Positions 49,519 through 62,560 of a stretch of DNA of 64,000 nt are shown piece by piece. The stretch is taken from the NCBI GenBank assembly GCA_964234715.1, contig OZ174279.1. One strand, 5' to 3'. The position numbers and the translations under genes are program-made. The notes below the pieces were generated by a model. That model saw nothing but the letters and a program-made list of their open reading frames with translations. It made no database searches and was not told the origin of the DNA. Position 1 is the first letter of the stretch. The number at the start of each line of letters is the position of its first letter. This stretch comes from Podarcis melisellensis (lineage: Eukaryota).

Positions 49519-50162
49519 CCTTGCGCCAGCCTGTTTTGGTGTTCCCTGCCAGACCGCAGAGAGGGAACCGCGGGTCTCTCTCTCTCTCCACATGCCTTGC
49601 TGCCACACAGAGCATAGAAGTAGCCCAAGGCAAAGGCGCAAAGGCGATATTCAGGTGAAGACAGATGTAACATTACATTTCTATTACAGCTTAACACGGA
49701 GCAGGAAGCTCACTCGCTGCTCCTTTAGGAAAGCCACACTTTTCAATAGAAAAAGCAACCCTTTTCTGCTATGGCAGCAGCACCTAATTTGGGATGTCAA
49801 ACAGATGGGAAACCTGTGGCCAGTTGGACTCCAACTCCCACCCCTCCCTCCCTCCCTCCCTCCCTCTTGGCCCTGCTGGCAGAGGTGCTTGGAGAAATTT
49901 TATCTTCATGCATTCGATGCAAGCAGCCCTGTGAACGTGGTCATCTGGTGGCACAGATAAAATCTGTACAATTAAATGATTTCCGAAGTGTCTGAGCCCA
50001 GATCTATCCCCACTTACTGCCTACATAGTTGATGTCTGCTGCTGGAGGCAACCTGCCTCCCTATACCAGTTGCTGGGAATCACAAATGGGGAGATGGGTA
50101 TTTGTGTTCAGGTCCTGCTTGGGGGGCTTCCCATGGGTAAGAACAGGGCAATTGGACTAGGT

Positions 50163-50298
50163 CGGTGTTTCCCAAACTTGGGTCTCCAGCTGTTTTTGAA
50201 CTACAGTTCCCATCATCCCTGACCACTGGTCCTGCTAGCTAGGGATGATGGGAGTTGTAGTCCAAAAACAGCTGGCGACATGAGTTTGGGAAACACTG
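50163..50298. mobile_element. Palindromic MITE family C copy, nested in a CR1-like 3' end
   Basis: Core CTACAGTTCCCATCATCCCT...AGGGATGATGGGAGTTGTAG; TIR GTGTTTCCCAAAC. Confidence 0.8.
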
Positions 50299-51399
50299 GA
50301 GTAGATTTGGCCCGATCCGGCCAGGCTGGCTGGTTGTGATGTGAGAAAAGGTTCTCTGAACCTTCTCAATGGCGTTTCATTCTCTTACTAATCGCTCCAG
50401 GTCTGCACTCCTGGCTCACGTAGACAATCTGTGCAGCTTTACACAAGAGAATCTAAAACTGCCATTAGCCAGAAAGCGCATTTGAATTCTGAATGCGCAT
50501 TTGAATCCACTTCCTCCTATTCTGCATTACTGAAGTCCATACACTCACATAAAAAACTGCAGGAGGGGGCCCAAAAGCAGCTCTGAGGCTCAGATGCCAC
50601 CCCAACCCCTTTTCAGCTGGGCTTAAAATAAAAAAGAAAGATCCCCACACTCTTTATTTGAGGTCACTGAACCTGGCCTACATTGAAATGGAGCCATCTT
50701 GCTCCCACCCTCCAAACAATGTGAGCAGCTTCGCCTCTGAAAATGCTGTGTCCATCCAGCGGCAGGCCTCTTGTCAAATATAGCCTCGCCATTTCTCCTT
50801 TTTCTTATTGCAGTGAATCAGCACTGCTCTGCCTTCCTGGTTCCTTCGCACCCTGGTCTTCAGCAGCTGGCAGGGGTGTGAGAAGGTGGGGGTGCTGGGC
50901 TGAGGCAGCGGAATCACCACAAAGGTAATTAAGAGAGTTTCTATTTTCAGGTGAGATTCAGTCACATACCTGCAAGTTCAGGGTGAGCGCTCATTAAAGA
51001 GCAAACATTGTCCAGTCTCCCTGCAAACAATATGGATTTTTCTCTCTCTCCCTTATTCTGGATTTCTGTGTGTTCCATGGACACGCGGAAAAGGAGATGG
51101 GAAAACCTGGACTGAAGGAAGGGAAGGTGAGGGAAGGAAGTAATTTGGAGGAAAACCTCATATGGACAACGGAGAATTAATGAAAGTACGGAAGGCTGGA
51201 AGAAAATAAAATGGGATGGTGCTGGCCCATTTAGGCACTGGAACTCACACCTTCTGTTACCCTCGCCTAATATACCCTTGCCTAATTTGGGGAGGAGATT
51301 CAGTGGTGTGAATAACCACACCCTGTTGGTTTTCTGCCTGCCCTGCTGTCCAAAGCCCTGGGATCATGCGGGGATGGGTACCAAGACAGGATCACTTCA

Positions 51400-53000
51400 C
51401 ATTGCATCGCGTGCCATCTTCTCAGCAGTCGGCCCCACCTAGCCGCATGTGAATAGTCCCCGCAGCGTCTGCAATACACCGCGTGGAATCCAGAAACGCG
51501 AACGCGTGAACCAGGCGCGGAGACGGAACGGCGCTCTGAGTTCCCAGGAGCGCGCAGTGCCGTCGGTGCACGTGCCCCAGGGTGCAACGTCGGCGACACG
51601 CGAGATCTATTCAGGGGTGGGGGGCAGGCAGCCAGCCCTGCCTTCGAAGGAGCCCTGCCCCTGGGGCCAGAGCGCGCGCCACGACCACGCCTCCGACGGT
51701 GCTCTCCGTCGAGGGACGCGGCTGCTTGCGCAGAGGGCTGCAGCCGCGCCGTCGCTGCCTCGAAACTTCCCGGCCGGACCTCGACCGGCTCGCGTGGGGC
51801 TGTCGCGTCCCGCTTGCGGCTGAGCCAATGGGCTGGGCTGTGTCGGAGCTCACACTGCCCCCTGCGGAGGCGGACCTCGGCGTCGAGCGGGAGCCGAGCG
51901 GACTATGCTAGAGCCCTCGGCGCCGGGGCAGCGGCGGGATCTGCGCGGGGATCGTGCTGGTGGCGGCGGGATCCCAGCCCGGGAGGGGGCGCGCGGCGGG
52001 GGTGGCTGGCGCCGAGGCAGAGGGAGAGCTCCCTGCCCGGGCAGGCGGAGCCCCTCGCCGCCGCCGCCAGAGCGCTGGGAGTCGCCGCGGCGGCGCGGAG
52101 AGGCGGCCATGCAGGGGGCTGGCTGCTGCTGGCTTGGTGGGCAGCCCTCCTCAATATGGTCCTCGACGTCCACGGCGCCGGCAGCTGCCCGCTCGTCTCC
52201 AGCCCGCGGCGCTGCTTCGCGCCCCACGCTCCCCGGCAGCTGGGCTCCGGCGGCGCGGCGGCGGCGATGATTTCGGGCTCGCTGCACCCGCCCCGCTTAG
52301 GGATAGGCGGCAAGCTCTTGCAAGGGGTCACGGCCAGCCCCGGGGGAGGCGGCCATGCGGGCAGCGGCAGCGGTAGCGGTAGCGGCAGCAGCAGCCCCAG
52401 CCCGGGCTTCGCGGACAACGACACGCAGTGCGGGGAGCAGATCCTGAGCTACGGCAACGTGGAGAAGGTGGTCATCGGGGCCGCGCTGTCGCTCATCACC
52501 CTGCTGACCATCGCCGGCAACTGCCTGGTGGTCATCTCCGTCTGCTTCGTCAAGAAGCTCCGGCAGCCCTCCAACTATCTCATCGTGTCGCTGGCGCTGG
52601 CCGACCTGTCGGTGGCCGTGGCCGTCATGCCCTTCGTCAGCGTCACCGACCTCATCGGCGGCGAGTGGATCTTCGGCAGCGTCTTCTGCAATGTCTTCAT
52701 CGCCATGGACGTGATGTGCTGCACTGCCTCCATCATGACCCTCTGCGTGATCAGCATCGACAGGTGAGCGGGCAGCGGGCGGCGCGCCGTCGAGGGAACC
52801 GGGGAGGGGGCTTCGCGTCGAAGCAGCTCAGGCTTGGGACGCTGGGTGTGTTTGTAAAACTTGCTCGCGGGACAGCCGACGGGTGCGTTCGCACGTGCGA
52901 GCGCCTCGGGAGGCTGCTGCAGTGTGGGAAGCAGCAGACCAGGTCACCGCTTCAGACGCCGCGTTTTTTTGGCGTGGATCGGCGTGCAGATGGGAAGATG
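51400..53000 (+). promoter_or_regulatory. HTR7 CpG island / promoter and 5'UTR
   Basis: Very high GC and CpG content; CCAAT at ~51825; GC-rich boxes. Confidence 0.85.
52156..52763 (+). CDS. HTR7: 5-hydroxytryptamine receptor 7, coding exon 1 (N-terminus to TM3/DR); gene continues beyond the window
   Basis: MVLDVHG...VTASP...CGEQILSYGNVEKVVIG...IAGNCLVVISVCFVKKLRQPSNYLIVSLALADLSVAVAVMPFVSVTDLIGG...CNVFIAMDVMCCTASIMTLCVISIDR; donor AG|gtgagc at 52763/52764. Confidence 0.97.
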
Positions 53001-54030
53001 CCCTGAAATTCTCATTCGGAGAAGAGGAGGAATATCATGAGAGGGTTAGAGAGGAGTTTGTTCCTTAATCCACTCGGGAATGTGGATTAAGTGCGGATAA
53101 TGGCAGGCTTCATCTTTAGGATGAGAGTTCTTTTCTGAAGAACTCAGAAAATTGATCACTATTTTGTGGTATGTTGGTTGGCCTAATTTAAAAAAAACAC
53201 GTGTTGCCATACTGAGGATTTTGGGATTTGAAGTAGATTCTTTACTCTGCTTGCTGACCTTCATTCTGATATACATTTCACCAATGTGGTTTTAAGAATG
53301 ATGAGAGAGAGTGAATTTCTTACTGGTCTCCTCATGCTTTTATGTTGACTGGTGGCTCTGGTCTGTTTTTAGCAATAGCAAGCTGTTCTAAAGATCACTT
53401 GACCTTTGTTTTCTGCGTAGGTTGTGAAGGAAATTGCTCAGAAACATTTGAGGTGAGCAACCAAACCCGTAACACATTTGCACAGGGTGGCTTTTATCTG
53501 TGTGTCTTACGTAGAGAGGTGATTCCAAGCTTTGTTAGGGAGAAATTGAATTGAGAGTAATCGTTCTGGAGGAATTTAATCTAGAATAAAACAAGGCTTG
53601 GAACCGGGCTGCTGTGGTACAATATTTGTTTTGTTTACAGAAGCAGGACACCTTAGGTCTAAGGCATCTGTGTGCACAGTCGCTTTTCTACCTTCTAAAT
53701 AAAGCCCACCCTTCACATTATGGCTAGAGATTCTGCTTGAGTGCATCTTAAGTTTCCCATTTTTTTAAAAGTTGCCCCTATTGAGGCATGAGGACTAATC
53801 ACAGCTTTGTGATACTGCGTTGCCAAGACTGATGGAGGGACCTTGAGCGAAGTTAACCGATGCATTACGGCAAGGCTCTAAAAACTGAATGAAGTAGTAA
53901 ATTGTCTGACTGGAGCAGAAAGGCAGGTTCTACAACCGTTCCAGCAGGGGTCACTTTTGCTTTGTTTATCCTCGTACCTGAGAAGTAAAAGAACAGATAC
54001 ACTGTGTAAAAAGTCAGGCCAAACAAACAA

Positions 54031-54301
54031 ACTGCTGTTTAATGTGACTAGCAAGCTTCCCATACCTCCATTAATTTGCTGTCGCCCATACGATGTTCTC
54101 CTGCAAATCTCTGGGCTCTCACACTTTCCCCTTCCTCAATCCGGATTTCCACTTCTTTCTGGAGTATCCCTGGTATGAGAAAATCCAGAATGAGGAACGG
54201 GGGAATTGTGGGCAAAGGCAGTGTTTTGCAGGAGGACCTCATGAAGACAAGGGAGAATTAATGGAGGTCCTGGAAGCTTGCTAGTCACTTTAAACTGCAG
54301 T
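54031..54301. repeat. Long imperfect inverted repeat (old fold-back element) in HTR7 intron 1
   Basis: Perfect 17-bp GTGACTAGCAAGCTTCC inverted pair within ~30-bp TIRs; arms pair imperfectly towards the centre; related sequence at ~51050-51190. Confidence 0.75.
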
Positions 54302-55141
54302 ATGGGCGAGCCTTTAGTTGATTCTACCTGCCTCTGCCTCCTATTGGCCTCCCAACTTTGCATAATTCTATAGTAAACAGGGTCTTTCTGTCAGCCCCAT
54401 CATGCAATTAGGTGTTCCCAAGCCCGTTAAATCAGTGGGCTTAAGCCTGCCTAATTCTGCACGGGGCTGCAGTCTGTTAGAACGATTTCTCCATTTTTAT
54501 ACTAAGGCAACATGTGGCACTCCCTAAAGAGCTACTAAATCTTTGACACCTGCACTTGTTTACAAATCATCCTGGGTGCATTGGGTTACCTTTTAGTACT
54601 AGGATGCTGTGTAGGAATGTTTCAAAGCAAAGGTATCTAGGTTATTCCCCTTACGCTGATAGTAAATGGCTAATTGCAGTTGACTCATGAACTGCTTCCT
54701 TTCCAGTGTAAGAATTTGCTTGGTTTTACTCTTGCAACATTTTGGCGATAGAAAAAGCCCTCACAATAGCTTACAAAAATAAAATATCAGCATCAATTTA
54801 AAAGAGCATTTACAGCCCATTTTAAAAGAGATAAAGGAAACCATAAGCAAATAATCATTGCAAGTCTGGTGGAAGAAAAATAAAAGTCTTGATCCACTGC
54901 CTGAAGGACAACAGAGAAGGGGCCAGTTAAACCTCCCTTGAGAAAGAGCTTCATAGTTAGGGCGCCACAACCAAAAAGGCACTGCACTTTGCCCTTGCCA
55001 GTCACACTTGCCTTGATGGTGGAATGCAATTGATGAGCCAGTTCATGGAGGAAGAAGCGGTCCTTGAAATATCTGGTTCTGGATCCAAAGCTATTTTGTA
55101 CTGTTAAAAATAATAATACAGATTTATTATTTAGCCTTATA

Positions 55142-55383
55142 CAGTAGTACCTCGGGTTAAGTACTTAATTCGTTCTGGAGGTCCATTCTTAACCTGAAAC
55201 TGTTCTTAACCTGAAGCACCACTTTAGCTAATGGGGCCTCCTGCTGCTGCCGTGCCGCTGCTGCGTGATTTCTGTTCTCATCCTGAAGCAAAGTTCTTAA
55301 CCCGAGGTACTATTTCTGGGTTAGCGGAGTCTGTAACCTGAAGCGTATGTAACCTGAAGTGTATGTAACCCAAGGTACCACTA
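55142..55383. mobile_element. MITE family A, copy 6
   Basis: Same TIR (slightly diverged); TA TSD. Confidence 0.88.
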
Positions 55384-57156
55384 TACTTACTCCTAGGCCC
55401 AATCTAGTACTATTCTGTGCATGCACACACACATGGATTGGAGGGTGGGTAGCCATATTGTGCTTGTGCATTAGTCATATTTATTTATTAGAATCAATGT
55501 GTATGTTTTTATTTCCTAAGTGAAAGAGATGGATCCTTGCTCCTGAAAGGAGCTTAGTCTAAATGTTGGCCATGAGGAAGAAGGCAAAATTGGGGAGAAC
55601 AACAGATTTGGATAGCAGACGGGTATTTGCTGCTTTAGAAAAATCAGGACTGGTGAAACCCTGGAAGAATTCTGTATGCTTGTTCTCTCCAGTATGTGAA
55701 TGCTCATCTGGACTGAATTCAGTGGAATTGACATCAACATGAATGAGATAAACTTTAAACTCATTCAATATTAGGTTAGCTGTACGCAGATCCTCCTCAG
55801 TCCCACGGAGAAGCTTTGAGCACATAAATCTTTACATGAACATTCCCTCTTTCATGCTGAAGCCAAGCTGCTGAGGGTATAACCGCTGACCAGTGAACAC
55901 ACTGGAAGTTGTTGCTTACGGGTGCAATCCTGCAGCCCCTATCAATTGTCAGAACAGCTTTTTTGTTTATCTTTTAATCTAACAAATTATATCGGTTGTG
56001 CTGAAGCCATGGCTGTAGTGGGGAAAGTGGCTTTTTAATTTTATTGTGCTAAACTAGAGCTTGGGCTTCAGCTGCGAACCTACAGAACATCCCCTAATTA
56101 AGTAGAAAGGAATGAACATGTCATATTGCTGACAGTGCAATTACTTTTCGTCTTGCGTAAATAAAAATTGCTTCCACGAAAGAAGAGTATTTCTGGAGAA
56201 AAGAATCCCCTGTGGTTTGTTTATTCCAGTGCACAGGTGGTCAGATTTTCATCCGCTACTTTCAGTGGGGCTCGGGCCTCAAAGTCCTGGGCTAGAGCCA
56301 ATCTCAGGATTAAGAAAAGCCTAAAGAACATTCCACATGACCTCAAGGCCCCCCCTCAGGTTTTGGAAGATGATGTCCAAAGAATCGCAGACAAAGGAAA
56401 CACCCGCCAGAATTCCAGACAGCATGTTGTTGCATGCAGTTCTCTGGAAAATGAGAATGAACTAGAAAGCAGGTCAGTCAGAGTTTTGGGAATAGGGGGC
56501 TGGGGGCTGGGGGGGGAGTGGCAGAATCCGGTGAGAATGGAGTATGAGACAGACAGAAAATAGATTCTGCTGCCAAAGGAGCTTATGTTTGCTACATAGC
56601 AATAGTCTCCATGGCCAATCAAACTGCAGCTGCTTGACAAACAACAGGTTGTGCCCATAGCAGCTGCTGTCGTAGGGCAGAGCCTTGGAGCCGCCCTCCC
56701 AACATGTGTGCTTTTGCAGCTTCCTTGGATGGGGATGGGATGAAGTGGGCCAGTTGTGAGGTCAAGGCTGGTGCTCCCGCTGGTGTGTCCGCCCAGCCCT
56801 GATCTTGCTCCCGTCCTGCCCCAGCCTCATCAAGCTAAGCTATAGCAAGGCTGGTGTTTAGAGGGCAGCTCCTTCCATACCAGTAGCTATTGGGAAGTGC
56901 TGTATAGAGGAAAATTTCCCGCTGCCTAACTTTCCCGCAGAAAATTTCCTGTTCCATAGGATATATGCCAGTTTCAAATCCAGTCTGAGGCCAGCTTGGC
57001 AGTTTCAAAGTGTTTACCTTTAAGCATGCTAAATTAGTTTACTCTAGGGCATCAGAATGTTATCCAATGCAAACTGAAAACTCACTGATGGGAAATAACC
57101 CTATGCAAATTTCACTAATCTGCAATTCCAAATTTTCTGGAAAAGTCACATTACTA

Positions 57157-57412
57157 ACCAGGCAGAGGGCCTTCTCGGGAGTGGCGCCCACCCCGTGGAA
57201 CACCCTCCCATCAGATGTCAAGGAAAGAAACAACTATCTGACTTTTAGAAGACATCTGAAGGCAGCCATGGTTAGGGAAGTTTTTAATGTTTGATGTTCT
57301 ATTGGGCTTTTAATTCTATTGGGAGCTGCCCAGAGTGGCCAGGGAAACCCAGCCAGATGGGTAGGGTATAAATAATAAATTAATATTATTACTATTAGTA
57401 GTAGTAGTAGTA
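57157..57412 (+). mobile_element. L2 LINE 3' fragment
   Basis: Same family; (TAG)n tail. Confidence 0.8.
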
Positions 57413-58225
57413 GGAATGAGGCTCAGAAGCAAACAGGACTAGGAAAGTCTAGTCTAGGCACTTGATCCTGATGCTCGTTCTCTACAAATACTGCCAGTCC
57501 TTTTCTTCCATAACAGTTTTCCCTCATAATCTCCAATTTTGCTGTGCAACGGCCCCACTATTACTTGTTTCCATCCCCTTGTCCCTGAAGAAATCCTCAA
57601 TTCTTGGAGCACCCTATACTTCTGAGCCTAATAGGTGACACTCCTACTTTCTTGTGTTGTCTGTGATGAGAAAAAGACAAGTCTTTACTTGTGTTCACCT
57701 GCCCACCTGCTGACTTTTCTTGTTTGCTTCCTGTTCTGGTTGACTAGCCCTGGTAGTCATCTTTCACTTGCCCTGGAATCATGTGTGGTCCATGAGCCAC
57801 AGATTGGCCACCCCAATCCCAGTCTAGCAAGGTCTTGCGCTGTGAGTTGTTTTGGGTGCATTTGTGTGGGGTCTTATTGCATGGGTTCTGAGTATGTCAT
57901 GCATATACTGTACAGCCTATTCCCTTCATGATAGTTCAAACTCTTGTAATCAAGCCCTCCAAGGAGAAGGAAAACTCTGATCATAAACCTCTGCTGCCTT
58001 GCTGGAAGAAAAGGCTAAGGAGTGAACCATACACAAATCTGGAGTGGAGTCTCTAAGACAGTTAGATGGTGTCTTGTACACCTCCTTCAGGCAACTCCTG
58101 CAGCCAAGCTGATGCCAAATGTACTGCACTGCTTTCCTTTGGAGGAAGGGCAAAAAAATTGCATGCTTTTGCGGTGGAGTGAGAGAAGGACGGGAAGCTT
58201 CTCCCCCGTTGGATCTTGCCACAAA

Positions 58226-58557
58226 CTGCCTCAGCCCAGTATATCTGAAGGAGTGTCTCCACCCCCATTGTTCAGCCTGGACACTGAGGTCCTTCTGGCG
58301 GTTCCATCACTGCAAGAAGCAAAGTTATAAGGAACCAGGCAGAGGGCCTTTTCGGTATTGGTGCCCATCCTGTGGAATGCCCTCCCATCAGATGTCAAGG
58401 AAGTAAACAACTATCTGACTTTTAGAAGACATATGAAGGCAGCCATGTTTAGGGAAGTTTTTAATGTTTAATGTTTTATTGTGTTTTTAATATTTTGTTG
58501 GAAGCCACCCAGAGTGGCTGGGGAAACCCAGCCAGATGGGTGGGGTATAAATAATGA

Positions 58558-58600
<43 letters not shown>
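58226..58600 (+). mobile_element. L2 LINE 3' fragment
   Basis: Same family; (TTA)n tail. Confidence 0.82.
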
Positions 58601-58602
<2 letters not shown>

Positions 58603-59779
58603 ACTCCATAGTCTGACAGGTGATTTTTGTGACCTCCTGGGCCTGTTTTACCAACCCTTAGGTATCTCTGACCGAGAAACCTTAGTAATTATCAAAAATT
58701 GATTGATGGATTAAATGTTGCTTGCCCACTAATTAACTGTTTTAATTACATTGTTGGATTTAAAAGATTGATTAAAGCACACTTTATAAATGCATGATTT
58801 GAATCCAGTGAATGCAAAAGTTGGAAACATTTCACATAACCAGTGAAGGGTTGATGTGGCCCCATAGCGCTGCCTGTGCCCTGGGGGTTTTCATAGGGCA
58901 GAGCCAAACCCTTTGGCACCCCATATTTTTCAGTCTTTAAAGGAAATCTGAATTTACGTACTGACTGGTGGCAGAGAAAAATGGAACGTGAAGCTGTTCA
59001 TTTCAAACCATAGCTATTCTGAAATACAACTCCTGTTCATGGGTATCCTGTTTTCTGTTTTTCTTTATAAAAGCGGCAACAACAGCATATTCTTGGACCA
59101 AAGGCACCCATGGCCTCTTGTGGCTTATACATCTGCTGGAGAGCAAGAGGCAGCTGTTAGCGAGGCAGGAAGAACAAAATACAAACAAAGGACATGTTTA
59201 ATCTGGGGCTTCTCTTCCCTCGCCTGTCGTGACACACAGACATACTTTGGCGGCTCCATTCACAACATCACTTTGGAGCGTTTTCCTCTGTTTGCTGCTA
59301 TGTCTGGCTGTCGCCCATTTCCTTGCACTTCCACTTGACCTGCACCTACCCCCACACCCCAGCAAAGAGATCACATGTGCATCCACCTGAAAAGATCACA
59401 CTTCTGATTAATTGCGCTTGGAAGTCATAACAAAAAGGGCAACTGGGAACAGGAGAGAAGAAACTTAACATTTATCCCTCTTACCTCCCCCACTGCCCCC
59501 GAAACAAATGGGACATTTGGGGGGGGGGAAGTGTATGTGAAATTCTATAGTACATAGCAATTTATGTACACAGCAGATGGATGGTGCTGTATAAATAATC
59601 ATAGTTTGCTTGCTTACAAAGCTTGTGTCTCACATAAGTGACAACTTTGTGCTAATGTGCAGATCAGCCTTTGCCAACCCAGATGCTTTTACAAATTATT
59701 GATTAAGTATTAAGTTTGTATGCTGCCTGTAATGGTTCTAGGGGTTGCTTGTGCGTAAGTTGCTGCCACTCCTGGCTAG

Positions 59780-60159
59780 GTTACCTGATTGAACCCTTTC
59801 TGTCTGGACAGCCTCACACCGTGGCTGTCTCAGTCGCTGGCAGAATCCGTCAGTGGGCGTTTCTTGAACTTCTTCCAGCAAAGAAGTTCTTTGACGCCAA
59901 GTCTCCTCCTACTCTCCCTGTGCGGAAGTCTTCTGCGCAGGGAGGATGTGGGCAGCGGAGTACCCGTGCTCTCCCCGCCGGTCTCCGGCGAAGAGTCCTG
60001 GAGCCTCCTCTCCGATTCCCCCATCTGCCCCCTTCTCCACCGGTGTTACACTGATTTCCTTCCCCAGCAGATGGGCTGCCTCTCTCCCTACTGGGACCCT
60101 TTCCGGCATCCCTCTGGAGCCTTCCCTCTGCCTCTGGCTCCGATGGCAGTTCCCTGACA
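59780..60159 (-). mobile_element. Probable LTR fragment
   Basis: CpG-rich block beginning TGTCAGGGAACTG on -; other end uncertain. Confidence 0.35.
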
Positions 60160-62422
60160 CTGCCCTTCACAGGGTGGTTCACGACATAATACAAAATCTG
60201 AAGGCGAAATAAAACATACAGCAAACCAATAACCCTCTTCCCACAAACATATTTAAAAGGCCACAAAAGGTTTAATCAGCAAAAGGCCTGGTTATAGAGA
60301 AATGTTTTTGCCTGCTTCCTAAGGATACATAATGAAGGCGCCAGGTGAGCTTCTCTGGGGAGAGCATACTATAAATGGGGAACCACAGCAGAAAAGGCAC
60401 ATTCTTGTGTTGCCACCCTCCAGGCCTCTCATGAAGGGGCACATGAAAAAGGGCCTCAAATGATGATCACAGGGTTTGAGTCAGTTCATATGTGGAGAGA
60501 TGGTCTTTGAGGTATTGAAATTTGTGGATGGGTATAAATGAATCTTGTCAGTTTTCATTTCTTTCTCAGGATCCCATTTCCCAGGCTGAAATTCAGTTCT
60601 CCACATTTTCACATCAAGCTGAGTTTTTCTTTTGACAAAAGAAGATTCATCAACAGTTTTGGTGTGAATTTCTCCTAATACGTACACATTTTTTTAGTAT
60701 GCAGTTTGAACTAATATGTACCTTTTTTGCTCCATCAGTTCTCCTTAATCCAATGCATTATTTTATTCTCCAGGAAAATATTTTTATGTACGCTTTCTTC
60801 CAACAGAGGCAATTTTTTTTGTACACATTGTTTGACTGGAGAACTGCAAAATAAAATCTGGAGAAGTGCAAATTTTGGAGGACAGTGGTGCTCCTGTTTT
60901 GCGCATTGGTTTGAGAAATGTGACTGCTAGCAGTTTCTGATTAAAATGCAAACATAATTGATACCCCACCATCCCTAGCTACAACTCCCATTAACCCCAG
61001 TCGGCATGGCGGCCATGCCGACTGGGGCTGATGGGAGGTATAGTCCAAAATATCTGGAGGGCACCAGGTTGGCAAACCCTGACTTAGAAGTTCAGTCGAA
61101 TGTTGTGAATCTAGGTTCCCTAACCATGCTGTAGATGCCATTGATCTTGGTAGGGGCTGAGGGCTTACTTCTGAGCAAACATGCACATGGTTAGGTTTTG
61201 CAGATTTGGATCTTGACTTTGGGTCTTGGCAAAGCTTTTCTTTTTGAAGTACCATAATGCTTCCTAAGCAGACGGGCTGCCTTGCCCCCCACAACTGTGG
61301 GTGCCCGGTGTGTGCTGATGTCACCGCGACATACACTTGTGATGTCAGCAGGTCCTGTGGCATAGAACCTTTGGGGGGTTCAAAATTTCGTTCAAAATTT
61401 GTAGGTGCCAGGGCACCCAGCGTCCTGCATATTTAGCACCTATGTTCCCAAGTGAAGCCATTTGCTGATACGTAAAAAGCAAAGGGGCTCTATTTACTAG
61501 AGAGGGAAGAATGGCGCCAAATATATTTGTGTAATATGTAGCTTATTGAAGAAGAACTTCAGTACATAGCAAGTGAAAGAATACTGAAGGGCTGGGTGGG
61601 GGGAAGGGGCAATAGTCTAATGTGGCCGTATATTTTATTAGAGCATCGCTAGGTAATTTGGCTGTCTTGCTAGAGGCATGCAAGGCATATATCAGATGCA
61701 AGACAGCCTACAATTTGTCTTTTCCACCCCTGGGCTCCGATTTTTCACAATACAGGTCCCTGAATATATACCCATTTCTGGCTCTTTGGATCAGCATGTC
61801 AACATTTATGTGCCTGTTTTATCATTCAGATGTGGGATTTAAGATCCCTGTTATTAGAATTATCTTCCCTGGGGTGGCCGAGACTCTAAAAGGAAGTCCA
61901 TGCTTTGCATATCGTAGCACCATTCCACCGTTCAGTGAATAGTTTTAAAAGGCCTGTTAGAGATTGCCCTCTAGGTATCTGGAATGGATGCATCTATCAC
62001 TCTAAGGCTGCACAGATTGCTTGCTTATAGGTTGGCAGGGATATTCTTCTTATTCCTTATCTGGTAGTAACCTCAGAGCCCAGAGTGTGTTCTTTTTGCT
62101 ACAGGGTGTGGAAAAGACCCTTGAACTCATATCCCCTTATATTGAGATGCTAGTTCCCCAAGAAGCTTGAAAAGGTTTCACGTTGCACACCATGTGAGCA
62201 TGGTCAATTTGTATATACAGTGAACAAATGCAAAGCCTCTAGGACTGCCAACTCTTGCAATAAATAAAATCTAAAATATATGTGAGTCCAGAAAAAAGAA
62301 AAGCAACAATAGCCTATTGCAGCCTTGTAAGTAAGCCCACAAAACTTACAATGCCTGGAAAAAAACAACAACCAGCAAACAAGCAAGGGAACAAAAACCT
62401 ACCACACTGCCTTATTTTAGTG

Positions 62423-62560
62423 CAGGGGTTGCCAACGTTGTTCCCAGCTAGATGTTGTTGGACTACAGCTCCCATCATCCCTGACCACTGGTCCTGCTCG
62501 CTAGGGATGATGGGAATTGTAGTCCAACAACATCTGGGGACCTGAGGTTGAGAAAGGCTG
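62423..62560. mobile_element. Palindromic MITE family C copy
   Basis: Same core. Degenerate copies also at ~4500-4615, ~12335-12470, ~16110-16240, ~21190-21325, ~60965-61081. Confidence 0.8.

Noticed and set aside
51814-52155. N-terminal extension of the 317-aa ORF upstream of HTR7 Met 52156
   Set aside because: Starts at TTG in a GC-rich, stop-poor island; the ATG at 52156 has strong Kozak context and aligns with the known HTR7 start.
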